Assembly: GCA_049976305.1 (NCBI GenBank)
Contig: JBMFIM010000002.1
Span: forward strand, 1-56,412
DNA from: Candidatus Micrarchaeia archaeon
GTDB taxonomy: Archaea; Micrarchaeota; Micrarchaeia; Micrarchaeales; CABMGC01
Direction of reading: 5' to 3'
DNA length: 56,412 bases
The notes under the pieces are model-generated. The model saw only the letters and a program-made list of their open reading frames with translations. It made no database searches and had not been told where the DNA came from. Position numbers and translations under genes: made by a program. Numbering within the stretch: the first letter of the stretch is position 1; the number at the start of each line of letters is the position of its first letter. This document shows positions 1 to 9,142 of this stretch, in pieces.

Positions 1-143
1 ATTATGATTGCAATGATAAGTATTGCCCAGCTGTATGTCAGCAAATATTCCATTGCAGACTGGGCCTTCTTCTCTCCTAAAGATCTAGAAGTAGCTTTAA
101 CACTGCCTCTACGCCTTGCCCCTCCAGATCTGCGCCTGGGCAT
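1..143 (-). CDS. Archaeal type IV pilin-like protein (class III signal peptide), 5' part only; continues past the left edge
   Basis: Not in the ORF track because it is under 60 aa in the window. Minus-strand ATG at 141-143 gives MPRRRSGGARRRGSVKATSRSLGEKKAQSAMEYLLTYSWAILIIAIII. The KKAQSAMEYLLTYSWAILII segment matches the archaeal prepilin/class III signal consensus: basic residues, a small residue, Q, then a hydrophobic helix. Confidence 0.6.
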   Translation of the reverse strand, partial: MPRRRSGGARRRGSVKATSRSLGEKKAQSAMEYLLTYSWAILIIAII

Positions 144-208
144 TGCCTCGATATTAAATGAATAAAAAGGTATTTAAAAGTATTTTTGCGAAATCAAAAT
201 GAAATTAA

Positions 209-1070
209 ATGAAAATATTACCTGTAATCCTATTCGCTACATTACTTGCGTTCGTAATTGCAGAACCTTATCAGCAAGTATTGCGTAACCAGCAACTTTC
301 CAATTTTAGCATACAGGCCAATGTTTCAGATATGAGCATACTTTGCCAGAATACTACTTTTGAAGGAGGCAAAATAACTGCTATGGTAAATGATATCAAT
401 GTGTCCTTTCATAATTGTAGCTTTGTAAACGCCAGTTTTTTATTAACGCCGCATACCAGCATATTTCTTATAAGCCCAAAAAATCGAAAATAGCTAAGTT
501 AGACATTGCGAATACCTCTAACCTAACCGTGGCGTATTATCTCACTATTAATGTCTTCCATCCTTATGGATGCAACACCACAACTTGTAAATGCTACATG
601 CACTACTGGCTTGCTTATAAAGGGTCGCGATATAAACATATTTTGTGATAACGGCACGATAAATGATACGGAATAGCAATACTCAACTCACGCAACATAA
701 ACAGATATGGTTGAGCAAAACATAATAAATATAACCAATGTCAACACAACTTATTTTGATATGCAAACTAACAGAGCATATCCAGGAGGGAAATTAGAAG
801 GTTTCGAGGCAAATGCTGAAAAAGTGTTCACTATATGTTCATTGTAAATTATAGAAATTCTACATACAGCGAAACAATAGAGAACATAAGTGTGACAACA
901 TCGGGTTTTAGCATCGTAAAGGTTGTACCTGCTCTGCCATCAATCATACAACCAAATAGTGCCAAACATTTAATCTAGTAATCAGTCTTCCTAATACGTC
1001 ATATGCAGGTCCTCTAAATTTTCTAATTCTTTATAAAGTAAATTATGCGACTAATTCAAGCAATGGGTAA
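209..1070 (+). pseudogene. Decayed gene for a secreted, sequon-rich surface protein (signal peptide intact, body broken)
   Basis: ORF 209-493 has a signal peptide and many NxS/T sites. Protein-like, sequon-rich translation then continues through 1070 only by changing frame several times. In-frame stops lie at 491-493, 674-676, 698-700, 845-847 and 976-978. The last fragment, VISLPNTSYAGPLNFLILYKVNYATNSSNG, ends at TAA 1068-1070. Confidence 0.6.
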
Positions 1071-1164
1071 TAAAAATTTATACAAAAACAAAATCGAAAA
1101 CAAACAGAAACAAGGGTCAAAGGTAAACTTAAAAATTAATAATTAAGCAGTTTAAATTTTCTCT

Positions 1165-2040
1165 ATGGATCTCAAGAATGCAAAAGAGCTTTTTAGGCTT
1201 ATGCGAATTGAACATAGCCTAATGCTTGTAATTGCAGTGATAGCTGCAGAGCTTATTGTAAAGGGCATGCCAAACCTTCCAACACTAATACTAAGTCTTA
1301 TAACGCCAGTGTTTGTGAGCATGGGCTCCTTTGCTATAAACGATTATTTTGATATAGAGGTAGATAAAGCAAACAAAAAAGACAGGCCACTTGTAATAGG
1401 AACAGTAACACCAAAACAAGCGCTTTACGCTACTGCTATTGCAATGATCATAGGGGTAGTGGCAAGCATACCTATAAATTTTTACGCGTTTTTAATAGCC
1501 CTCTCGTTTGCTCTACTTTCTATAGCATACGCCTATAAATTGAAGGAGATCCTTTTTTGGGGAAATGCTTATGTGGCGTTTGCGATGGTGATACCATTCA
1601 TATATGGAGATTTCGTTGTAAGTACACACTTTGCCTATAGCATAATTGTAGTGTCTGTCATGATATTCTTTGCCGGCCTTGCTAGGGAGATACATGGAAC
1701 AATAAGGGATTATACCGGAGACGTAAAGGTAAGAAACGCACACACTATACCAAAAGCAATAGGCAAAAGAGGGGCATCACTACTTTCTCTTCTCTTCTAT
1801 TTTATTGCAATAGGCATAAGCATATATACCGCACTTGCCGTAAGGCCTTTTGCACTAAATATTTTATACATTGTTTCTATCGCCATCACAGACATATTGC
1901 TACTGTATGTGGCTTTAGGATATTTAAACAATGAAACCGAAGAGTTTTATAGAAGGGCGAGAAACATAAGTTTGTTGGCAATGGCCATAGCACTACTCGG
2001 TGTATTAATAAGCGCGGCACTCCCCGAAATTGCATTGTGA
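1165..2040 (+). CDS. UbiA-family prenyltransferase, probably digeranylgeranylglyceryl phosphate synthase
   Basis: 291 aa polytopic membrane protein with the UbiA motif NDYFDIEVDKANKKDRPL. Size and archaeal context fit DGGGP synthase. The family call is firm; the specific enzyme is inferred. Confidence 0.7.
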   Translation: MDLKNAKELFRLMRIEHSLMLVIAVIAAELIVKGMPNLPTLILSLITPVFVSMGSFAINDYFDIEVDKANKKDRPLVIGTVTPKQALYATAIAMIIGVVASIPINFYAFLIALSFALLSIAYAYKLKEILFWGNAYVAFAMVIPFIYGDFVVSTHFAYSIIVVSVMIFFAGLAREIHGTIRDYTGDVKVRNAHTIPKAIGKRGASLLSLLFYFIAIGISIYTALAVRPFALNILYIVSIAITDILLLYVALGYLNNETEEFYRRARNISLLAMAIALLGVLISAALPEIAL

Positions 2041-2290
2041 CTTCTTCCCATCGTAAGCGGGTGGGATCAAGTGGAGACTCAAAAAGTATTGAAGCATTTT
2101 GAAGGTTTCATGCAATTCGTCGCTTGTGAAACATTACCATGCTTCTCACTACTTCCTAAATGTTTATATTATTTCTTCAACGAACAATAGTTAGATCATT
2201 TGTATCGACTAAAAAGCCTAGAAAAAGGTAGCGCAGGTTTAAAAACTAAAACTGTTGACTATTTGACCTTGCTTTCGATTACCGCGCACC

Positions 2291-4066
2291 CTACCGTTGT
2301 CTAACGCGCTTGTTTTTACCTGAATTGTCCTTCTCAGTGCTCCTCACTAGCTGCGCAAGCAACACAATAAGCACGCATGCAAGCAATATAACCATGATCA
2401 GCATAAGGTAAAACATCATGCTGATTTCGTTGCTCAGTTCGCTGACCTGCTGCAAAAGCATAGGACTTGTCTGGCTAAAGTTGCTAATAATGAAAGCCTT
2501 GGCTATTTCTATATTTGCCTGTTCAATCGACTTAGCAAGAAGAGAAGTAGTGTAAGCTGTTTTGAGGTCATTGCTCTGGCCAAGCCGGTATTCGTTTAAG
2601 TAGAATAGTGCCTGGCCGGCAAACTCGTAAGGCCAAATGCCAGAAAGGCTTGCGTCTATGTTTGCAAGCGTTGCGTTTACAAGCTGAGCGCTTGTCATGT
2701 TAGAGCCTGCAAGAGGATTAGCCAATGCAGAAGCATATGCTGCAGCGTAGAGCGCTTCGGCGTAATTGCCGGCGTCAAAGCTCTTCACAGCAGTATCTAA
2801 ATATAGGTTAGCACCATAAGGCTCTGCCTTTGCTATAGCACTGGCTGCTTCCTGCTTAAGCACAGGCGCAAGGCTCACATAATTGCCAGGCAGTGATGCA
2901 GAAATGTTGTAAAGCTCCTGCGCCGCCTTGCACCATGCAAGAGCTTCGGCGCCATAGTAGAGAGCTTCTATGTAGCTATCGCTTGTTACCTCTGGCGAGC
3001 TGAGCAAAGCTTCCGCTTGCTCAAGGGTTTCGTTAGCGAAATCCTGCCTCAACTCTCCTCCTATAACGTATTCATAGTTTGCATTTGTAAGCAGAGGAGG
3101 AACAAGCGAAGAACAATAAGTGGCAACATTGCTAAGCACAGAGGAAGCGCCTGTAGCGGTATAGTTAGCCTTATTTGCCAATGTGAAAGCCTGCAGGTAT
3201 TGCAAGAACGCAAAGTCTGCTGCAGTGTAGGCGTAGCCCTTGCTTGCTATTTCTTCATACCTTTGCTGGTTTGCTAGCATCTGCGCTTTTGCTTGGTTGA
3301 AAACGCTGGGCACGCTAGAAATCTCAGAGCTAGTAAAGTTGAGCGTGAAGTTCACAAGCTCGTCGAAGGCGCTAGTGTTGCAGCTAGTGCAGCTGAGGTT
3401 CATGGTGCTAAGCTTGCTAAGCTCGAAATGCTGCGTTATGTTGTATTGCATAGGCGTTGCTGGCTCGATGCCGAAGGCAAAAGTCAATGCTTGGCTTATG
3501 TTGCTTACTTGCTGTATCGGTATGCTGAATAGGCTTTGAGAGATGTAGTAGAGTAGCTGCTCTATAGTGCCGCCAGCGGTGGCGTTTGGAAGCAGGAAGA
3601 AGCGCATGTGGCCTTGCGATGCTGCTTCTGCCTTGTCGTAAACTCCTCCTATTAGGCCTATGGTACCGTTTGACTCTATGATGCCAGAAACAGTAAAGTT
3701 GCTTAGAAGTTGCCTATGCTCAAGCGCAGCGATGGTGAGAAGGGTAAAGGCTGTGCCTGCACTCGGACCTGAAACACTTACATTTCTGTCGTGTATTACA
3801 AATGAGAAGTTGTACTGAGATTGGTTAACTCCTAGATAGCTGCACGCTGTTGCAACTGCTTGCTTTGCCGAAGCTATGGTGCTGTAGCCTACTGACGAAG
3901 GACCGCTTATGCTTACTACGCCTGTACCTGCGGTAAGATTGAGCGTTATCTCTGTCAGGGTTCCTGTGCTCGTGCTTGAAAGCACAGCTGGAGCATGTAT
4001 GAGCGTTGTATAGGCAGCGCTTATGCCAAAGAGCACTGCCAACAACAAGAAAGGCTGAAACCTCAT
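2291..4066 (-). CDS. Extracellular, C-terminally membrane-anchored Lon-type (S16) serine protease domain protein
   Basis: N-terminal signal peptide MRFQPFLLLAVLFGISAAY. Lon catalytic Ser motif VSGPSAGTAF and Lys motif GGVYDKAEAA. A long Ala/Tyr-rich helical region follows, then the C-terminal TM MMFYLMLIMVILLACVLIVLLAQLV and a basic tail. About 20 NxS/T sequons by eye. Confidence 0.7.
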   Translation of the reverse strand: MRFQPFLLLAVLFGISAAYTTLIHAPAVLSSTSTGTLTEITLNLTAGTGVVSISGPSSVGYSTIASAKQAVATACSYLGVNQSQYNFSFVIHDRNVSVSGPSAGTAFTLLTIAALEHRQLLSNFTVSGIIESNGTIGLIGGVYDKAEAASQGHMRFFLLPNATAGGTIEQLLYYISQSLFSIPIQQVSNISQALTFAFGIEPATPMQYNITQHFELSKLSTMNLSCTSCNTSAFDELVNFTLNFTSSEISSVPSVFNQAKAQMLANQQRYEEIASKGYAYTAADFAFLQYLQAFTLANKANYTATGASSVLSNVATYCSSLVPPLLTNANYEYVIGGELRQDFANETLEQAEALLSSPEVTSDSYIEALYYGAEALAWCKAAQELYNISASLPGNYVSLAPVLKQEAASAIAKAEPYGANLYLDTAVKSFDAGNYAEALYAAAYASALANPLAGSNMTSAQLVNATLANIDASLSGIWPYEFAGQALFYLNEYRLGQSNDLKTAYTTSLLAKSIEQANIEIAKAFIISNFSQTSPMLLQQVSELSNEISMMFYLMLIMVILLACVLIVLLAQLVRSTEKDNSGKNKRVRQR

Positions 4067-4129
4067 TGCATCTTGTTTATTATAGCATTAAAAATATTAA
4101 GGTTAATCGCTCCCTTCTGCTTTTATTTG

Positions 4130-5419
4130 CTAAAAGTCGGAAATTGTTGTCTGCTTGCGTTCGCTGACCTCTTCCCCATTCGCTCCAAAAATATCCACCA
4201 CCCCGAAAACACCGTCATAACCTGGCTTCACATGCACCTGCTCCTTCCTTACCCTTTCTACTGCGGCAGCCACGCTTTTATCTAGCCTGCCAAGCTCCTC
4301 TGTGCTTGCCTTAAGCAATACGTTGAACTCGCTTCCAAAGACCTTTACAAATTCAGCATAAAGCCTCGCTACCGAAGCAGAGCTTTCTGGCTTGCCTATT
4401 ATCTTAGCAATCAGCTCAGCAAGTGGCACTGCATGCACATAGGGCCTGGCACCTTGTGGAACAAAGCCTGCGGGCCTGTCGGCAAGATCGTCTATTCTGT
4501 GCAATACGCCTAAGGTAAGGGGCCTGCCGCATACAGGGCAAATGTTGTTGTATTTCTTCGCCTCCTCAGGGGAAAGCGAGATGCCGCACTTCCTATGGCC
4601 GTCGTAGTGGTATTTGCCTTCTTCTGGATAAAACTCTATAGTGTATTTTATCCTTTTCTCCTTTATTGCGCTGGCTATTGCATCAAACGAAAGCTCGTTG
4701 GGCTCTAGCTCAAATACAGTTGCTTCTCTTCCTATCTTTTGAGGCGAGTGGGCATCGCTTGTAGAGACTAGCGCAAAGGGATCGTTGGCGGATACCCGCC
4801 AATTCATTGGCGGATCGCTTGAAAGGCCTGTTTCCAATGCGTGTATATGCTTGACCTGCTCTTCATAGGCCTCTGCCATAGAATCATAGCCGGATATAGA
4901 ACCGAAGACGCCATACCACGGGGTCCATGCATGCGCTGGAAAGACTATTGCCTTTTCGCTTGCTTCTTTGACCTGCTCAACTAGCTCAGCTGGAGACATG
5001 CTAAGCATGGGCCTGCCGTCTAATGCCAAATCGCCAAACTTGCTTAGCCTGTCGCTTATTTGCTCTGCCTCTTCAAGGCTTGGTGCAAGTATGCAGTGGT
5101 GGACGCGCTTTGTGTTGCCAGAGCGGTCAAAAGGCTTGGGCTTGCTCCCTTTTGCGTCTATCGTCGCAACCTCTACACCGATAACAAACCTGACATTTGA
5201 CTTTGTATCCTTAAGTTTGTAAAGCCCTCGCTCAGCCTGCTCCAGATTCTGCTTAAGAAAAGAAAACCATGCAGGGTGGGTGAAGTCACCTGTAGAGATT
5301 ATGCTTATTCCCTTCTCCTCTGCCGCTTGCTGCATATGGATTAGGTCCATATGCTCGCTGGTAGCTGCGGCGTATTTGGAATGAAGGTGCAAATCTGCTA
5401 TGTACTCCACGTCAGCCAC
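4130..5419 (-). CDS. Endonuclease Q-like PHP-domain nuclease with zinc ribbon
   Basis: 429 aa. Motifs DLHLHSKYAAATS, STGDFTHPAW, VHHCILAP, PAHAWTPW, ETGLSSDP, SDAHSP..IGRE, GKYHYDGH, CPVCGRPLTLGVLHRIDDLAD, PLAELIA, FGSEFNVLL and PGYDGVFG match my recollection of Pyrococcus EndoQ. Confidence 0.75.
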   Translation of the reverse strand: MADVEYIADLHLHSKYAAATSEHMDLIHMQQAAEEKGISIISTGDFTHPAWFSFLKQNLEQAERGLYKLKDTKSNVRFVIGVEVATIDAKGSKPKPFDRSGNTKRVHHCILAPSLEEAEQISDRLSKFGDLALDGRPMLSMSPAELVEQVKEASEKAIVFPAHAWTPWYGVFGSISGYDSMAEAYEEQVKHIHALETGLSSDPPMNWRVSANDPFALVSTSDAHSPQKIGREATVFELEPNELSFDAIASAIKEKRIKYTIEFYPEEGKYHYDGHRKCGISLSPEEAKKYNNICPVCGRPLTLGVLHRIDDLADRPAGFVPQGARPYVHAVPLAELIAKIIGKPESSASVARLYAEFVKVFGSEFNVLLKASTEELGRLDKSVAAAVERVRKEQVHVKPGYDGVFGVVDIFGANGEEVSERKQTTISDF

Positions 5420-6083
5420 TTTTTGTTACTCCGTTTCTTGGGCAAAGGTTCTTGCTGTTTGGCCCTAAAATGCACTTGCTGCACAAAGGAACCATAGACT
5501 GGCAAACTGCCTTGCCATGATCTTTGAGCACATATGCGAAGTTGTGCCAATACTTCTTGTCTACTACCTGCATAAGGTCCTGCTCTATCTTGTCAGGGTC
5601 CTTGTTCTGGCTAAGCCCTATCCTGTAGGCAAGCTTTATTACCCACGTGTCTACTGGTATGCCTTCCACTATGCCATAAGCGTTAATCAGTATGCTGTTT
5701 GCTGTCTTCCTTCCTATTCCTGGAAGTGAAAGAAGGTCTTGCATGCTGTTTGGCACCTTGCCGCCGAACTTCTCTTCTATGATCTGGCAGGCTTTTATTA
5801 TGTTTTTTACCTTGTTGCTGGCGAAGGTTACTGGCCTTACTATAGCAAGAAGGTCTTCAGGCTTAGCGTTCGCATAATCCCGTGCTGTCTTGTACTTTGC
5901 AAAAAGCTTTGGGGTAACCGCGTTTACCACAGTATCTCTAGTTTGAGGCGAGAGCATAGCTGCTACAAGCAGCTCTATAGGAGTTGAGAAGTTCAAATAG
6001 TACTTTGCGTCTTTGTATTCTTTCTCCAATATTTCAACTACCTGCTTTGCCTCTTCCTTGCTCAAAAGCTTGAAAGCCACCAA
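5412..6083 (-). CDS. nth: Endonuclease III (HhH-GPD DNA glycosylase/AP lyase with a 4Fe-4S cluster)
   Basis: HhH motif LLSLPGIGRKTANSILINAYG and a C-terminal Cys cluster CQSMVPLCSKC....LCP. Overlaps the downstream EndoQ gene by 8 nt. Confidence 0.85.
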   Translation of the reverse strand: MVAFKLLSKEEAKQVVEILEKEYKDAKYYLNFSTPIELLVAAMLSPQTRDTVVNAVTPKLFAKYKTARDYANAKPEDLLAIVRPVTFASNKVKNIIKACQIIEEKFGGKVPNSMQDLLSLPGIGRKTANSILINAYGIVEGIPVDTWVIKLAYRIGLSQNKDPDKIEQDLMQVVDKKYWHNFAYVLKDHGKAVCQSMVPLCSKCILGPNSKNLCPRNGVTKSG

Positions 6084-6089
6084 ATCACC

Positions 6090-6575
6090 TTATAGCTTGT
6101 AGCCTATGTCCCTTACAAACTTCCTCCTCTGTGCCTTGTCCTCTTCTTTTTCTATTCCTTTCGAAGCTGAGCCGTCTACCACGCCCAGTATTGCCCTGCC
6201 TTGATCAGTCTTTGCTACTATGACCTCTACCGGGTTTGCAGTCGCGCAGTATATCCTCGCCACCTCGTTTACATTCTTCAGGGCGTTTATTACATTTATC
6301 GGATAAGCATTCTTGAAAAGTATGAGAAAAGAGTGCCCTGCGCCGATTTTAAGCAAATTGGACTCAGCAAGTTTTTGAAGCTCTGCGTTATTGCCTTCGC
6401 CCCTTACCAGGCATGGCCCGCTTGCTTCTGCAAACGCCACGCCAAATTTTACCCCTGGCACCGAATTTACCATCGCTTCGTAAAGGTCTTCTATGGTTTT
6501 TATAAAGCCTGCATGGCCCAGCACAAGCTGGGTTTCAGAATCTTTCTCTATTTTTATTACCTCGGTTTCGAGCAT
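6090..6575 (-). CDS. Adenosine-specific kinase family protein (PF04008-like)
   Basis: 161 aa. GHAGFIKTIEDLYEA, FGVAFAEASGPCLVR, IGAGHSF, YPINVINALKNV, CATANPVEVIV and GVVDG resemble the conserved archaeal family as I recall it. Confidence 0.55.
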   Translation of the reverse strand: MLETEVIKIEKDSETQLVLGHAGFIKTIEDLYEAMVNSVPGVKFGVAFAEASGPCLVRGEGNNAELQKLAESNLLKIGAGHSFLILFKNAYPINVINALKNVNEVARIYCATANPVEVIVAKTDQGRAILGVVDGSASKGIEKEEDKAQRRKFVRDIGYKL

Positions 6576-6664
6576 AATATTACTTTGGAAAGAAAAGATT
6601 AAACAATTAACTTAGCTGGAGCTTTCAAAAGCCTTAAAAATATTAAGCAAGCTAGTTGATTAAC

Positions 6665-7045
6665 ATGCAAGTAAAAGAAATCATGCAAACGCACGTTGTT
6701 GCGGTAAACGCCAATGCAAGCATAGGAACAGCAATTAAGCTTATGTCAAACGCCCACGTTTCACTTTTGCCTGTCCTCAACGGCTCTAAGCTTGCTGGCA
6801 TACTGACAAAGGAAGAGGCACAGGCTGAGCCTGAGAGCAAAAGAGTCGGCAGCTTGCAGCTTAGGCTTCTTTACGTCACAGAAAACGATCCTGTTGAAAA
6901 AGCTGCAAAAATGATGGTAGAAAACTCAATAACAAGGCTACCGGTAGTAAGCGAAGCGACAACGCTTCATTGCGTAGGCGTGGTAACTAGCACAGACATA
7001 GTGAAAGCACATAAAGAAGACAAAGAAGAAAACGCCACGCACTAG
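6665..7045 (+). CDS. CBS domain pair protein
   Basis: MQVKEIMQTHVVAV start, a second CBS-like half (ITRLPVV..LHCVGVVTSTDIV), and small size. The track ORF starts at TTG 6656; ATG 6665 is preferred. Confidence 0.7.
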   Translation: MQVKEIMQTHVVAVNANASIGTAIKLMSNAHVSLLPVLNGSKLAGILTKEEAQAEPESKRVGSLQLRLLYVTENDPVEKAAKMMVENSITRLPVVSEATTLHCVGVVTSTDIVKAHKEDKEENATH

Positions 7046-7058
7046 CGTAGCTAAAAAT

Positions 7059-7379
7059 TTACCTTGCTAGGGTTATTTCTATTGTGCTGACCTTTGACTT
7101 TGTACCGTCCTCGTTCTGTAGTTCTTCGGAGCTTATTGATATGTTCTCAACTCTGACGTCCTGCAGGAACTTGTTCCTTGATATCTCTGCCACGTCTACT
7201 GCCCTGGAGATTGTGTTGCCCCTAGCCTTTATTTTGACGTTTTTTGCTCCATTGTTGAACTGCGTTACTACTGCTAGTACGTAGCTCATTGCTGGCTTTT
7301 TGCCAACGTATACCACATTCTCTGGTATACCCTCTTTCTTTTCCTGTTCATTTGCTTGATTTTCCGCCATAGTTGTCAC
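7059..7379 (-). CDS. albA: Alba chromatin/RNA-binding protein
   Basis: [49 protein letters not shown] is a typical Alba core. The start may be GTG 7379 or ATG 7370. Confidence 0.85.
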   Translation of the reverse strand: MTTMAENQANEQEKKEGIPENVVYVGKKPAMSYVLAVVTQFNNGAKNVKIKARGNTISRAVDVAEISRNKFLQDVRVENISISSEELQNEDGTKSKVSTIEITLAR

Positions 7380-7499
7380 CTTATAATTACATAAGGTCTT
7401 TTACCCTTATAAATCTATATGTGCGGCTCTATTTGGCGTTAAACTATGAGTTGCAGTGCGTATTTAAGCTTATATCCTTATAAGAATAAAGGCAAAAGC

Positions 7500-8756
7500 A
7501 TGCAATCGCAGATAACGTTTCTTGGAGGGGCTAGAGAGGTTGGTAGGTCGGCCATACTGCTAGAAGGCGAGAAGCACATACTGCTAGATTATGGCATAAA
7601 GCTTGACCATAAGACTGACTACCCGCTAAGAGTAAAAACAAAGCTTGATGCATATGTGCTAAGCCATGCCCATCTGGACCACAGCGGATTTGCGCCCATA
7701 CTTTATTCAGGCAATTATGTGGATGCCTATGGTACGCCGCCTACGATAGAGCTTACAAGGCTGCTTATAGAAGACGCCTTAAAAATAAGCAGAAGAAACA
7801 GGCAGAAGCCAGCATTCTCCAAAGGGGATTTGAGAAGGTTCGAAAGGGCGTACAAGCCACTTGACTATTATTCGGAAATAGACGTTGGCGATTACACAAT
7901 AAGCCTGCATGATGCAGGCCACATAACTGGCAGTGCAATAACTCTAATCGAGAATAGGCGGACAGACAAGCGATTAGTATATACTGGCGATTTCAAGCTA
8001 GAAGCTCAGACGTTGCAGAAAGGGGCAGAGGTAGTAAAAAGCGACATTCTTATTACAGAATCAACCTACGCTGACAGGGAGCACCCTGATAGGTCTGCGC
8101 TCATAAAAAGCTTTGTTGAAGAGGTGAAAAGCATAATAGACAACGATGGTACTGCATTGGTGCCTGTGTTTGCAGTGGGCAGGGCGCAAGAGATATTGAC
8201 TATACTCTACCAACACCACCTCATAGACTATGCAGTAATAGATGGAATGGCTAAACACGCAAGCGAGATTGTAATGCGCTATCCTAACTATAGCGTAAAT
8301 GAAAGCATGCTTCTAGCAGCTATGAAAAATGTTACATGGATAGGCACTGAGAGAAGCAGGAAAAGTGTAACAAGCCCAGCTATAGTGGTCACCACCGCCG
8401 GCATGCTCAATGGAGGCCCTGTGCTAGATTACATACTTGATCTTAACAAAAAGTCAAAAATCTTCCTTACTGGCTACCAACTAGAGGGCACAAACGGCCG
8501 GCGCCTACTCGAGGGTAAGCCCATAGTAATAGACAATAGGAAATATGCTATAAAAACGCCCGTGGCCTATTACGACTTTTCAGCGCATGCGGGCAGAAGC
8601 GATCTGTTTGAATATGTAAGAAGAAGCAATCCTGAAAAAGTTATATGCGTACACGGAGATGCGAACGTGGCATACAATTTTGCAGAGAGCTTGAAATTGG
8701 AAGGGTTCGATGCTGTAGCTCCACAAATAGGAGAAAGCGTAAAAATAGAATTCTAG
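7500..8756 (+). CDS. Metallo-beta-lactamase/beta-CASP ribonuclease (aCPSF2-like)
   Basis: HAHLDHSG motif, then downstream D/H motifs (HDAGHITGS, ESTYADREH, CVHGD). About 419 aa from ATG 7500, with no KH domains. Confidence 0.75.
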   Translation: MQSQITFLGGAREVGRSAILLEGEKHILLDYGIKLDHKTDYPLRVKTKLDAYVLSHAHLDHSGFAPILYSGNYVDAYGTPPTIELTRLLIEDALKISRRNRQKPAFSKGDLRRFERAYKPLDYYSEIDVGDYTISLHDAGHITGSAITLIENRRTDKRLVYTGDFKLEAQTLQKGAEVVKSDILITESTYADREHPDRSALIKSFVEEVKSIIDNDGTALVPVFAVGRAQEILTILYQHHLIDYAVIDGMAKHASEIVMRYPNYSVNESMLLAAMKNVTWIGTERSRKSVTSPAIVVTTAGMLNGGPVLDYILDLNKKSKIFLTGYQLEGTNGRRLLEGKPIVIDNRKYAIKTPVAYYDFSAHAGRSDLFEYVRRSNPEKVICVHGDANVAYNFAESLKLEGFDAVAPQIGESVKIEF

Positions 8757-8759
8757 CGG

Positions 8760-9104
8760 TCAGCTCTGCTGTTCGTTGCTTAGACCTTGGGAATTTGCAT
8801 CGGCGTTGTCTGCCTTCTTCAATATTTCTATTTTTCCATATTTGCCAGGGGAAAGCTGCGGATTGCCCCTAAATTCGTTTACATAGCCGTTTGTTACCTT
8901 TATTCTATCCCCTACGTTTATCGAAGAAGCATAGTCCTCCCAAAGAGATATTGCTATGCTTCCGCTATCGTCGCTTAGCACAGCATCGGCCACATTGAGC
9001 CTCTTGCCATATTTTGTAATTACCTCTCTCGGCTCACTCTTTTCTGTTATTATCCCTTCAACTTCGACGTTGCTTGCGCCAGCTTTTAAGTCAATGATCT
9101 TCAT
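8760..9104 (-). CDS. Single OB-fold ssDNA-binding protein (SSB/RPA-like)
   Basis: MKIIDLKAGASNVEVEGIITEKSEPREV...VADAVLSDDSGSIAISLWED...GDRIKVTNGYVNEFRG is a typical OB-fold pattern. ATG 9104 is preferred over GTG 9116. Confidence 0.65.
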   Translation of the reverse strand: MKIIDLKAGASNVEVEGIITEKSEPREVITKYGKRLNVADAVLSDDSGSIAISLWEDYASSINVGDRIKVTNGYVNEFRGNPQLSPGKYGKIEILKKADNADANSQGLSNEQQS

Positions 9105-9142
9105 AAAATTCACCAATCAATTAAGGAGTTATGTCGCATAAC

